The notes beneath the pieces are model-generated. The model saw only the letters and a list, made by a program, of their open reading frames with translations. It ran no database searches and was not told where the DNA came from. Made by a program: the position numbers and the translations under genes. A stretch of 36,644 bases of DNA from Flavobacteriaceae bacterium (GTDB lineage: Bacteria > Bacteroidota > Bacteroidia > Flavobacteriales > Flavobacteriaceae): positions 1-36,644 of the forward strand of contig JBBKXS010000324.1 in NCBI GenBank assembly GCA_037969605.1, given 5' to 3'. The stretch's first letter is position 1. Every line of letters starts with the position of its first letter. Below are positions 10,021 through 19,151 of the stretch, in pieces.

Positions 10021-10384
10021 TTTCGTAATTAAATTGCTTGGATTTACAGGATTGCTTTTTGCAGTTCACTACTCTATTTTAATACAATTTCATAAAGGCG
10101 ACTTACACCTCCCCCTCTGGACTATCTATGTTTTTAATGCTGTTTTGGTATGCATCGTTTATATGATTATTACATCTAAAAGCAAGGTTAAAAGCAAAAA
10201 TATATTTCAAGTGTTTTTGGCATTAACTTTCTTAAAAATGTTTTTAGCTATTGTGTTTTTATTACCATTGTTTTTTGGAAAATCTAACCACGCTCAACTT
10301 GAAACCATGAATTTTTTTATACCATATTTTTTGTTTTTAACGTTCGAAATTTTGAGTCTAAATAAATTTCTGCAAAAATCCTGA
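10001..10384 (+). CDS. Four-TM membrane protein (DUF6168-like, positional AtpI analogue)
   Basis: 127 aa, 4 hydrophobic helices, FFIPYFLFLTFE motif; immediately before atpB. Confidence 0.7.
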   Translation: MTKETINFVIKLLGFTGLLFAVHYSILIQFHKGDLHLPLWTIYVFNAVLVCIVYMIITSKSKVKSKNIFQVFLALTFLKMFLAIVFLLPLFFGKSNHAQLETMNFFIPYFLFLTFEILSLNKFLQKS

Positions 10385-10400
10385 TCAATGATTATTTTAG

Positions 10401-10431
10401 TTTGTAAATTAATATAATGTGTGTACATTTG
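10401..10431 (+). promoter_or_regulatory. Complete Bacteroidota -33/-7 promoter for atpBEFHAG
   Basis: TTTG (10401-10404), 19-nt spacer, TACATTTG (10424-10431); 40 nt upstream of atpB. Confidence 0.8.
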
Positions 10432-10471
10432 CACCGAATTTTACACAAGGGATTTTTAACGAACCAAAAGG

Positions 10472-11536
10472 ATGCAAATCAACACTTTTAGGACATTATT
10501 ACTAAGCTTAACACTTTTATTTTCTTTTGTAGGAATTTCTGCTACTGAGAATGAGCCTCAAGAGAATCAGAAATTTGACACTAAAGGACTAATTTTTCAT
10601 CATATAAAGGATAGTCATGTATTTCACGTTGCAGGAGATTTTTCTATTCCACTTCCAATAATTTTATGGACAAATAATGGATTAGTGACTTTTATGTCAG
10701 GAGAGTTTCACCACGATATTAATGGCAAAACAATTGTTGAGAGAAAGGGGTTAAAATTTGTGAATTTTCACGAAAAAATATATCAACTAAATCCAGGAGC
10801 CTCTAGTGTAGAATTTAATTCAGAACATCATCCTATTAATGCTGATAAACCTTTAGATATTTCTATTACTAAAAATGTGTTTTCGATGTTTTTGTCGGTA
10901 ATATTAATGATGCTTTTATTTATTACAGCAGCACGTTCTTATAATTCAAGCAACATACCTACTGGAATTGGTAAATTTTTAGAGCCGATTATTGTTTTTA
11001 TTAGAGATGAAGTAGCTATCCCAAATATAGGAGAACATTATTATAAAAGGTATATGCCATATTTATTAACCTTATTTTTCTTTATTTGGTTAAACAATAT
11101 TTTTGGATTAATACCATTTTTCCCCTTCAGCAGTAACTTAAGTGGGAATATAGCCTTTACTATGACATTGGCTATAGTTACATTCATTATTACCATTTTT
11201 AGTAGTAAAAAGTACTATTGGAAACATATGTTATGGATGCCCGGTTTACCAATACCGATGAAATTATTTTTAGCACCTATAGAGATAATAGGAATGTTTG
11301 TAAAACCTATAGCACTCATGATTCGTTTATTTGCAAACATAACCGCAGGGCACGTAATCATATTAAGTTTAGTGTCTTTAGTATTTATTTTCAAAAGTGA
11401 AGTTGTAGGTATTGGCTCCGTTATTTTTGCAGTATTTATAAGCGTTATTGAAGTCTTGGTTGTAGCCATACAGGCATATATATTTACTTTGCTTTCGGCA
11501 TTGTATTTTGGTCAAGCATTAGAAGAAGAACATTAA
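10472..11536 (+). CDS. atpB: F0F1 ATP synthase subunit a
   Basis: KPIALMIRLFANITAGH with the essential Arg; QAYIFTLLS; Bacteroidota-type N-terminal extension. Confidence 0.96.
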   Translation: MQINTFRTLLLSLTLLFSFVGISATENEPQENQKFDTKGLIFHHIKDSHVFHVAGDFSIPLPIILWTNNGLVTFMSGEFHHDINGKTIVERKGLKFVNFHEKIYQLNPGASSVEFNSEHHPINADKPLDISITKNVFSMFLSVILMMLLFITAARSYNSSNIPTGIGKFLEPIIVFIRDEVAIPNIGEHYYKRYMPYLLTLFFFIWLNNIFGLIPFFPFSSNLSGNIAFTMTLAIVTFIITIFSSKKYYWKHMLWMPGLPIPMKLFLAPIEIIGMFVKPIALMIRLFANITAGHVIILSLVSLVFIFKSEVVGIGSVIFAVFISVIEVLVVAIQAYIFTLLSALYFGQALEEEH

Positions 11537-11558
11537 TTAATTTTTAAATATTTAAACT

Positions 11559-11801
11559 ATGAGTTTAGCATTATTACAAGAAGCCGTTGTTAACTATGGA
11601 CCGCTAGCAGCTATTGGAGCTGGTTTAGCAGCTATTGGTGGAGGAATTGGTGTTGGCAAAATTGGTGGGGCAGCTATGGAAGCTATGGCGCGCCAACCAG
11701 AGATGCAAGGTAAACTACAAGGTTCTGCAATTGTACTTATTGCCTTTATTGAGGCAGTAGCACTTTTTGGAGTAGTTGTATCATTTATTGTTGCAGGCTA
11801 A
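11559..11801 (+). CDS. atpE: F0F1 ATP synthase subunit c
   Basis: Gly-rich helix, ARQPE loop, ion-binding Glu in FIEAVALF. Confidence 0.96.
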   Translation: MSLALLQEAVVNYGPLAAIGAGLAAIGGGIGVGKIGGAAMEAMARQPEMQGKLQGSAIVLIAFIEAVALFGVVVSFIVAG

Positions 11802-11806
11802 AAAAC

Positions 11807-11841
11807 AAAACAAGGTGTAACGGTTGGTTGCACCTTGTTTT
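11807..11841 (+). promoter_or_regulatory. Intercistronic stem-loop between atpE and atpF
   Basis: AAAACAAGGTGTAAC-GGTTG-GTTGCACCTTGTTTT, 15-bp stem with one G-U pair. Confidence 0.7.
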
Positions 11842-11872
11842 AATATTTAAAAAATTTACATACTAAAAGAAT

Positions 11873-12367
11873 ATGGATTTAATAACACCAGAATTAGGAC
11901 TTATTTTTTGGACCACTCTTTCGTTTTTGATCTTGCTTTTTATATTAAGAAAGTTTGCATGGAAACCTATCCTTGGAGCGGTTAATAGCAGAGAAGAAGG
12001 GATAAAAGACGCATTAGCTTCTGCTGAAAAAGCTCGATGTGAAATGGAAAATCTTCACGCAGATAATGAACGGATTTTAAAAGAAGCGCGTTTAGAACGT
12101 GAAACATTACTTAAGGAAGCAAGAGACATTAAGGTAAAAATGATTGCCGATGCTAAAGATGAAGCACAATCTCAAGCAAGTAAAATGATTGAACAGGCTC
12201 AAGCTGCAATTGAAAGTGAAAAGAAAGCTGCCATGATTGAACTTAAAAACCATGTGGCAACGCTATCTTTGGAAATTGCCGAAAAGGTAGTTCGTAAAGA
12301 ATTATCTAACAAGGATAGCCAAATACAATTGGTTGAGTCTATGTTGGGTGAAGCAAAACTAAACTAA
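11873..12367 (+). CDS. atpF: F0F1 ATP synthase subunit b
   Basis: N-terminal TM, KFAWKPIL, long coiled coil. Confidence 0.96.
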   Translation: MDLITPELGLIFWTTLSFLILLFILRKFAWKPILGAVNSREEGIKDALASAEKARCEMENLHADNERILKEARLERETLLKEARDIKVKMIADAKDEAQSQASKMIEQAQAAIESEKKAAMIELKNHVATLSLEIAEKVVRKELSNKDSQIQLVESMLGEAKLN

Positions 12368-12372
12368 TTATA

Positions 12373-12909
12373 ATGGCAGAAGCAAGAGCAGCAATACGTT
12401 ATGCAAAAGCAGTTTTGAGTTTGGCTTCAGATCAAAAAGCGGCTGAGGCTGTAAATAAAGATATGAAGCGAATAGTAAACAGTATTGCCGAAAGTAAAGA
12501 CTTGCGCGACATGCTTCTTAATCCAGTGGTAAGATCCTCGGTGAAAAAGGCAGTATTGAACGATGTGTTTAAAAACTCCAATACAATAACCGATAATCTA
12601 ATAATTACCCTAATCGCCAATAAAAGAATAGCACTTTTAGGAGATGTGGCTTCTAAATTCAATCAATTATATGACACTTTAAGAGGCACACAAATTGCAA
12701 AAGTAACCTCTGCTGTACCACTAACAGAGGCCTTAAAAACTAAAGTCTTGGCCAAAGTGAAAGAACTTACTGGAAAAGATGTTGAGGTTGTAAATGTAGT
12801 GGATGAGAGCATTTTAGGAGGCTTTATTTTGCGTGTAGGTGATATTCAATATAACGCAAGCATTGCAAACAAATTAAATAATTTAAAAAGAGAATTTACA
12901 TTAAATTAA
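12373..12909 (+). CDS. atpH: F1 ATP synthase subunit delta
   Basis: AIRYAKA start, DESILGGFILRVGD end. Confidence 0.96.
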   Translation: MAEARAAIRYAKAVLSLASDQKAAEAVNKDMKRIVNSIAESKDLRDMLLNPVVRSSVKKAVLNDVFKNSNTITDNLIITLIANKRIALLGDVASKFNQLYDTLRGTQIAKVTSAVPLTEALKTKVLAKVKELTGKDVEVVNVVDESILGGFILRVGDIQYNASIANKLNNLKREFTLN

Positions 12910-12948
12910 GATATTCAGATATCTATATTATTTTATAAATAAACAAAA

Positions 12949-14529
12949 ATGGCGGAAGTAAAACCAGCTGAAATATCAGCAATCTTAAAACAACAACTAT
13001 CAGATTTTGAAGCAGGAGCTTCATTGGAAGAAGTAGGAACAGTGTTAACTGTAGGTGATGGTATTGTACGTGCTTATGGATTATCAAATGCTCAATATGG
13101 TGAGCTAGTTGAATTTGATGGAGGATTGGAAGGCATTGTCCTTAACCTTGAAGAAGATAATGTGGGTATTGTATTATTAGGGCACTCCAAAGAAATCAAA
13201 GAAGGCTCCACGGTAAAACGTACAGAACGTATCGCATCTATCAAAGTAGGAGAGGGTATTGTTGGCCGAGTAGTTGACACTTTAGGAAGTCCAATAGATG
13301 GAAAAGGCCCTATTCAAGGAAAAACTTATGAAATGCCGTTAGAGCGTAAAGCTCCTGGGGTAATTTATCGCCAACCGGTAAACGAGCCATTACAAACTGG
13401 AATTAAATCTATTGATGCGATGATTCCTGTAGGTCGCGGACAGCGAGAGCTGGTTATTGGTGACCGTCAAACAGGTAAAACAACAGTTTGTATTGATACC
13501 ATTATCAATCAAAAAGAATTTTATGATGCAGGCCAGCCCGTATATTGTATTTATGTTGCGATAGGTCAAAAAGCATCTACTGTAGCAAATATTGCGAAAA
13601 TATTGGAAGATAAAGGCGCTTTAGCTTACACAACTATCGTTGCAGCAAATGCTTCAGATCCTGCTGCAATGCAAGTTTATGCTCCTTTTGCGGGTGCAGC
13701 TATTGGTGAATACTTTAGAGATACTGGTCGTCCAGCTTTAATTATTTATGATGATTTATCAAAACAAGCAGTGGCGTATCGTGAGATATCTTTATTGTTG
13801 CGTCGTCCACCCGGACGTGAAGCGTATCCTGGAGATGTTTTTTACTTGCATTCCAGATTATTGGAGCGTGCGGCAAAAATAATTAATAACGATGCCATAG
13901 CTAAAAACATGAACGATTTACCAGATGTATTGAAACCAATGGTAAAAGGGGGAGGGTCTTTAACGGCATTGCCAATAATTGAAACCCAAGCGGGAGACGT
14001 ATCGGCTTATATACCTACAAATGTAATTTCGATTACTGATGGTCAGATTTTCTTGGACGGAGATTTGTTTAACTCTGGTGTTCGTCCTGCAATTAATGTT
14101 GGGATTTCAGTATCTCGTGTTGGAGGTAATGCACAGATTAAATCCATGAAAAAAGTAGCTGGAACCTTAAAACTGGATCAAGCCCAGTTCCGTGAGTTGG
14201 AAGCGTTTTCAAAATTTGGTTCAGATTTAGATGCAGCAACCTTAAATGTTATTGAAAAAGGAAGACGCAACGTTGAAATTTTAAAACAAGCACAAAACGA
14301 TCCGTTTACAGTTGAAGATCAAACCGCTATTATTTATGCGGGGTCCAAAAACTTATTAAGAGATGTTCCTGTAGAAAAAGTGAAGGGATTTGAAATCGAT
14401 TACTTAGAACTTTTAAGAGCTAAACACAGTGATACTTTGGCTGCTTTAAAAGCAGGTAAACTTACTGATGAAGTAACGGATACGCTCACTAACGTAGCTA
14501 AAGATGTATCGGCGAAATATAAAGCATAA
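12949..14529 (+). CDS. atpA: F1 ATP synthase subunit alpha
   Basis: GDRQTGKT P-loop, [23 protein letters not shown]. Confidence 0.99.
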   Translation: MAEVKPAEISAILKQQLSDFEAGASLEEVGTVLTVGDGIVRAYGLSNAQYGELVEFDGGLEGIVLNLEEDNVGIVLLGHSKEIKEGSTVKRTERIASIKVGEGIVGRVVDTLGSPIDGKGPIQGKTYEMPLERKAPGVIYRQPVNEPLQTGIKSIDAMIPVGRGQRELVIGDRQTGKTTVCIDTIINQKEFYDAGQPVYCIYVAIGQKASTVANIAKILEDKGALAYTTIVAANASDPAAMQVYAPFAGAAIGEYFRDTGRPALIIYDDLSKQAVAYREISLLLRRPPGREAYPGDVFYLHSRLLERAAKIINNDAIAKNMNDLPDVLKPMVKGGGSLTALPIIETQAGDVSAYIPTNVISITDGQIFLDGDLFNSGVRPAINVGISVSRVGGNAQIKSMKKVAGTLKLDQAQFRELEAFSKFGSDLDAATLNVIEKGRRNVEILKQAQNDPFTVEDQTAIIYAGSKNLLRDVPVEKVKGFEIDYLELLRAKHSDTLAALKAGKLTDEVTDTLTNVAKDVSAKYKA

Positions 14530-14596
14530 TTAGATTTTGGCATTGGGTAGTAAACTTTAAACTTACTACTGGATATTAAATACTAACTACTTAAAT

Positions 14597-15457
14597 ATGG
14601 CAAACTTAAAAGAAATACGCAATAGGATAGCATCGGTTTCTTCAACCATGCAGATTACCAGTGCCATGAAAATGGTGTCTGCTGCTAAACTAAAGAAGGC
14701 TCAGGATGCAATTACAGCCATGAGACCTTATGCTAATAAGTTGACAGAACTTTTACAAAGTTTAAGCGCCACCTTAGATGCCGATTCTGGTAGCAAGTAT
14801 TCAATCCAACGAGAAGTAAAAAAAGTACTTATCGTTGCTATCACATCAAACAGAGGCTTGTGTGGGGCATTTAATTCCAATATCATTAAGGAAGTTGCTA
14901 AAATAAAGTCTCAAAAATATAAGAATCAAGAAGTCTTTTATTTAACTATAGGTAAAAAAGCGAACGATGCTTTTAAAAAATCGAATCGCGTTATTGCCAA
15001 TAAAAGTGATGTTTATGACGATTTGACTTTTGATAATGTTGCTGAAATTGCTGAACTTTTGATGGAAAAATTTGTATCTGGCGAATTCGATAAAATTGAA
15101 ATTGTCTATAACAAATTTAAAAATGCAGCAACTCAAGAAATCATGACCGAACAATTTTTGCCAATTGTTCCTGTTGAAGGTAACGCCAATTTAAATTTAG
15201 ATTACATTTTTGAACCATCTAAAGTTGAAATTGTTGAGCAATTGATTCCGAAGTCATTAAAAACGCAATTGTATAAAAGCGTAAGGGATTCTTTCGCTAG
15301 TGAACACGGAGCACGAATGACAGCGATGCACAAAGCAACGGACAATGCAACCGAGTTAAGAGACCAATTAAAATTAACTTACAATAAGGCACGGCAAGCG
15401 TCAATTACCAACGAAATCCTTGAAATTGTTGGTGGGGCGGAAGCTTTAAACAACTAA
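14597..15457 (+). CDS. atpG: F1 ATP synthase subunit gamma
   Basis: ITSAMKMVSAAKL, RGLCGAFN, ARQASITNEILEIVGGA. Confidence 0.98.
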   Translation: MANLKEIRNRIASVSSTMQITSAMKMVSAAKLKKAQDAITAMRPYANKLTELLQSLSATLDADSGSKYSIQREVKKVLIVAITSNRGLCGAFNSNIIKEVAKIKSQKYKNQEVFYLTIGKKANDAFKKSNRVIANKSDVYDDLTFDNVAEIAELLMEKFVSGEFDKIEIVYNKFKNAATQEIMTEQFLPIVPVEGNANLNLDYIFEPSKVEIVEQLIPKSLKTQLYKSVRDSFASEHGARMTAMHKATDNATELRDQLKLTYNKARQASITNEILEIVGGAEALNN

Positions 15458-15462
15458 AAATT

Positions 15463-15490
15463 GGCACGCTGAATTTGTTTCAGCCTCTCA
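15463..15490. repeat. Degenerate REP-like palindromic element (GCTGAA-TTTGT-TTCAGC core)
   Basis: 6-bp inverted repeat; resembles, from memory, the flavobacterial CATGCTGAAnTTnTTTCAGCATCT intergenic repeat. Confidence 0.45.
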
Positions 15491-15500
15491 TTATAATACC

Positions 15501-15528
15501 AAACCTCACTAATTAGTGAGGTTTTTTT
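15501..15528 (+). terminator. Rho-independent terminator of the atp operon
   Basis: Perfect 24-nt palindrome AAACCTCACTAATTAGTGAGGTTT running into a T7 tract. Confidence 0.88.
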
Positions 15529-15578
15529 ATGGCATAGCTGTTGATTTAGTACTTTTATGATTCTAAAGATTACAACTT

Positions 15579-16097
15579 ATGATGCGTATTAAAGCAATTA
15601 TATTTTCAACAGTGATGTTTTGTCTTATGGCAAGTTTTTCTCAGTGTTCAAACGCACAGAAGCTGGAGCAGAAAGCACCACTAGAGTTCGGTGAAGTCTA
15701 TTACCAAAAAAAAGCACAGGCTGTTAAGGATTTAGAATCTATGTTTACGTTGTATATACCAATTAAAGGAGAATATAATAATAACATTGAACCGGATTCA
15801 GTTTACTTTAAAGGAAAATCGGCTAAATTGCTAGTGAGCACCCAAAACCAAAACTTGTTTTATGGACGGTTTATAACGAAACCTGTCTACACCGAAGACA
15901 TTATTTTGAGTAGTGATATGAATGAAGAACACCAAAATAAACTCCCTAAAACTGAATCTAAAATTCCATTTGAACTTAAAAACAGCGAATGCGTTATAAG
16001 CTATAAGCAAGACGGTGGAGTAAAGTATTATAAAATTTCTAATATTAAGGAAAAACGTTTAGCCGACGTACCTATGTCGCCAAGAAATAACCGGTAA
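15579..16097 (+). CDS. Hypothetical exported protein, probable lipoprotein
   Basis: Signal peptide with lipobox-like FSQC; DSVYFKG and PFELKNSECVISY motifs. Confidence 0.7.
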   Translation: MMRIKAIIFSTVMFCLMASFSQCSNAQKLEQKAPLEFGEVYYQKKAQAVKDLESMFTLYIPIKGEYNNNIEPDSVYFKGKSAKLLVSTQNQNLFYGRFITKPVYTEDIILSSDMNEEHQNKLPKTESKIPFELKNSECVISYKQDGGVKYYKISNIKEKRLADVPMSPRNNR

Positions 16098-16103
16098 CTT
16101 ATC

Positions 16104-16135
16104 TTTGGATTGCGTTTGCTAAAAACGTATTTTTA
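16104..16135 (+). promoter_or_regulatory. Probable -33/-7 promoter for the flippase-dut-envC cluster
   Basis: TTTG (16104-16107), 20-nt spacer, TATTTTTA (16128-16135). Confidence 0.5.
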
Positions 16136-16155
16136 GCTTCATAAAATCACATAAC

Positions 16156-17619
16156 TTGAGTGGATTTAAAGCACTTTTTAAACAAACATTTATTTATGGA
16201 TTAGCAACCGTGCTGCCTAGAATGTTGAGTTTTTTATTGGTACCCTTATATACCGACCCGAAAGTCTTGTCTTCACCTGCTGAGTATGGACAAGTTTCGG
16301 TAATCTTTTCTTATTTCGTTCTGTTTAACGTGATATTGGCTTACGGAATGGAAACAGCGTTCTTTAGGTTTTTTAACAAAGAAGAGGATAAAAGCAAAGT
16401 CATTAGCACCTCTGCCATTTCATTAATTGTAACGTCTTTAGGATTTTTTGTAATTGCCCTTTTTTTTCAAAACCAGATAGCATCGGTTATCAATATTGAT
16501 GTTAAATACATCAATCTGGTCATTTGGATTTTACTGTTGGATGCCTTGGTCATCATTCCCTTTACCTGGTTGAGGGCAACACAAAGACCAATGCGCTATG
16601 CAATAATTAAAATTTTGAACGTAGCGATTAATTTAGGACTGAATTTATTTTTCCTTTTGGCATTAAAAAATTTAGCGGTCAACAGTTCATTCTTTGACAC
16701 TATTTATAAACCAAATTTCGAAATCAGTTACATTTTTATTGCCAATCTCATTGCGAGTGCCATGACTTTGGTGTTGATGTTTCCATTTTACACGAAAATC
16801 AAGTATGTCTTTATTTCTGGGTTGTGGAAAAAGATGCTTCGTTATGCCTTTCCGGTGTTGGTGGCAGGCGTCGCGTTTTCCATCAATGAAACCTTTGATA
16901 GGATTTTACTTAAGGAACTACTACCGGCTGATGTTGCGGATACCCAAATTGGAATGTATTCAGCATGTTATAAAATAGCCTTGTTTATGACCCTTTTTGC
17001 AACGGCCTATAGACTGGGCATTGAACCATTCTTTTTCAGTCATGCAAAAACCGAAAACCCTCAAAAAAATTATGCAAGAATTTTAGAATTTTATGTCGCT
17101 TTTGGATCTGTAATTCTATTAACCGTGGTGGTTTTCGCAGATGTTTTGAAACCTTATATTGTGAGGAGCGAAGCCTATTGGGAAGCCATGTGGGTGGTGC
17201 CAATTATATTGATTGCCAATTTTTGTCTGGGTATTTATCATAACCTCTCGGTTTGGTATAAAATAACTGACAAAACAAAAATAGGAGCCTATATTTCAAT
17301 AGTTGGGGCTATCGTGACCTTAACATTAAATGTTTTGTTTATTAAAGAATACAGTTATAAAGCTTCGGCAATAGCGACATTGGCAGCATATGGAGTTATG
17401 ATGTTATTATCTTATTATTTTGGGAAAAAATATTACCCTATTCCATATAACCTTAAAAAGATTGGACTGTATTTAACGGCTTCAATTGTGTTGTCCGTGA
17501 TTTCATTTTATGAATTTAGAGAAAACTATATGGTAGGAATTCCAATGTTACTTGTATTTTTGACGATCATATATGTTTCTGAAAAAAACCAATTTAAACT
17601 ATTATTAAAAAATAAATAA
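16156..17619 (+). CDS. Wzx-like oligosaccharide flippase (MOP superfamily)
   Basis: TTG start; IYGLATVLPRMLSFLLVPLYT; 12-14 TM segments; DRILL and GMYSACYK motifs. Confidence 0.88.
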   Translation: MSGFKALFKQTFIYGLATVLPRMLSFLLVPLYTDPKVLSSPAEYGQVSVIFSYFVLFNVILAYGMETAFFRFFNKEEDKSKVISTSAISLIVTSLGFFVIALFFQNQIASVINIDVKYINLVIWILLLDALVIIPFTWLRATQRPMRYAIIKILNVAINLGLNLFFLLALKNLAVNSSFFDTIYKPNFEISYIFIANLIASAMTLVLMFPFYTKIKYVFISGLWKKMLRYAFPVLVAGVAFSINETFDRILLKELLPADVADTQIGMYSACYKIALFMTLFATAYRLGIEPFFFSHAKTENPQKNYARILEFYVAFGSVILLTVVVFADVLKPYIVRSEAYWEAMWVVPIILIANFCLGIYHNLSVWYKITDKTKIGAYISIVGAIVTLTLNVLFIKEYSYKASAIATLAAYGVMMLLSYYFGKKYYPIPYNLKKIGLYLTASIVLSVISFYEFRENYMVGIPMLLVFLTIIYVSEKNQFKLLLKNK

Positions 17620-17658
17620 AAGCGTCGCTATATTTTTTGAAACTTTGAAATAAAAGAA

Positions 17659-18093
17659 ATGACCATAAAAATTATTAATAGATCCAATCACAAACTCCCA
17701 AATTATGAAACCATAGCTTCGGCTGGGATGGATTTAAGAGCCAACTTATCGGAATCAAGAATTTTAAAACCGTTGGAGCGTAGTATAGTAGGCACGGGGT
17801 TGTTCATTGAGCTACCAATAGGTTATGAGGCTCAAGTAAGACCACGGAGTGGTTTGGCCGCAAAAAAAGGAATTACCGTTCTAAATACCCCAGGAACTAT
17901 TGATGCAGATTATAGAGGCGAAATAGGGGTTATTTTAGTGAATCTATCCAACGAAGATTTTATAATAGAAAATGGCGAACGGATTGCACAATTGGTTGTT
18001 TCTAAACACGAGCGGGCAGAATGGGTTGAAGTAAACGAACTATCAGAAACGTCTCGTAGTGAGGGAGGTTTTGGAAGTACTGGAACTAAATAA
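17659..18093 (+). CDS. dut: dUTP diphosphatase
   Basis: [35 protein letters not shown]. Confidence 0.98.
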   Translation: MTIKIINRSNHKLPNYETIASAGMDLRANLSESRILKPLERSIVGTGLFIELPIGYEAQVRPRSGLAAKKGITVLNTPGTIDADYRGEIGVILVNLSNEDFIIENGERIAQLVVSKHERAEWVEVNELSETSRSEGGFGSTGTK

Positions 18094-18105
18094 AGATATG
18101 CACAG

Positions 18106-19125
18106 ATGAAAATAATTGTACCCATGGCAGGTCGCGGTTCGCGTCTACGCCCACATACATTGACCATCCCTAAACCATTAATACCAATAGCAGGGCAGCC
18201 TATTGTACATCGTTTGGTAAAAGATATAGCAAAAGTTATTAAGCAGCCAATTGAAGAAATCGCATTTGTTTTGGGAGATCCTGCTTTTTTTGGAGATGAT
18301 GTGGTGGAGAGTTTAACACAATTGGCAGAAAGTTTAGGTGCAAAGGCTTCCATATACCGTCAAGAACAGCCATTAGGAACGGGTCATGCCATCATGTCGG
18401 CCAAGGCATCTTTATCTGGACCGGCCGTGATTGCCTATGCAGACACCTTAATTAGAGCAGAGTTTGATTTGGATCCTGATGCAGATGCTGTGATTTGGAC
18501 CAAAGAAGTGGACAATCCAGAATCCTATGGTGTCGTTAAGTTAAATACTAATAACGACATTATAGAATTGGTAGAAAAGCCAAAGGATTTTGTTTCCAAC
18601 CAAGCCGTAATAGGGATTTATTATTTTAAAGATGTTTCCGTTTTAAGGCAAAAATTACAAGAAGTTTTAGATGAAAACGTTACTAATGGAGGAGAGTATC
18701 AAATAAACGATGGCATTAAGCGCATGATGTTAGACGGAAAAGTATTTAAAACTGGAACCGTAAGTGAATGGATGGATTGTGGCAATAAGGCCATCACAAT
18801 AGAAACGAACTCAAAATTTTTAGGGTATTTGCTTAAAGAAGGAATAGAACAAATGATATCATCAACCGTAACCCTAAATCGTTCAAAAATTATTGAACCC
18901 TGTTTTATTGGTGAAGATGTGATATTAAAAAACTCAACCGTTGGTCCCAATGTGTCCATTGGAAATCATTGTATAATAGAAAACTCAACCGTTAAAAATA
19001 GTTTAATACAAAGCTATACAACAATTAAAAATGCTAACTTAGATGAAGCCATGATTGGAAATCATGTTGAATTTGATGGGGAATTTACTAAAATTAGTAT
19101 TGGAGATTACTCGGTATTAGAATAA
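18106..19125 (+). CDS. Sugar-phosphate nucleotidyltransferase with C-terminal left-handed beta-helix
   Basis: MAGRGSRLRPHT...PKPL, QEQPLGTGHA, LVEKP, WMDCG; hexapeptide repeats. Confidence 0.9.
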   Translation: MKIIVPMAGRGSRLRPHTLTIPKPLIPIAGQPIVHRLVKDIAKVIKQPIEEIAFVLGDPAFFGDDVVESLTQLAESLGAKASIYRQEQPLGTGHAIMSAKASLSGPAVIAYADTLIRAEFDLDPDADAVIWTKEVDNPESYGVVKLNTNNDIIELVEKPKDFVSNQAVIGIYYFKDVSVLRQKLQEVLDENVTNGGEYQINDGIKRMMLDGKVFKTGTVSEWMDCGNKAITIETNSKFLGYLLKEGIEQMISSTVTLNRSKIIEPCFIGEDVILKNSTVGPNVSIGNHCIIENSTVKNSLIQSYTTIKNANLDEAMIGNHVEFDGEFTKISIGDYSVLE

Positions 19126-19151
19126 TGAATGAATGACCTACTGGCCCCAAA

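Noticed and set aside
14546-14596. Small GTAGTAA/TTACTAC hairpin and TACTAACTACT run between atpA and atpG
   Set aside because: Weak and short; cannot be distinguished from a generic intercistronic structure
10472-15457. atp operon lacks atpD and atpC
   Set aside because: A split operon with beta and epsilon encoded elsewhere is normal in flavobacteria
17910-18353. 147-aa antisense ORF over dut and the nucleotidyltransferase, plus the other short nested or antisense ORFs in the track
   Set aside because: Shadows of well-supported genes with no motifs or expression signals
18929-18994. Direct repeat AAAACTCAACCGTT twice, 51 nt apart
   Set aside because: Encodes NSTV in successive beta-helix coils of the nucleotidyltransferase; not CRISPR or att
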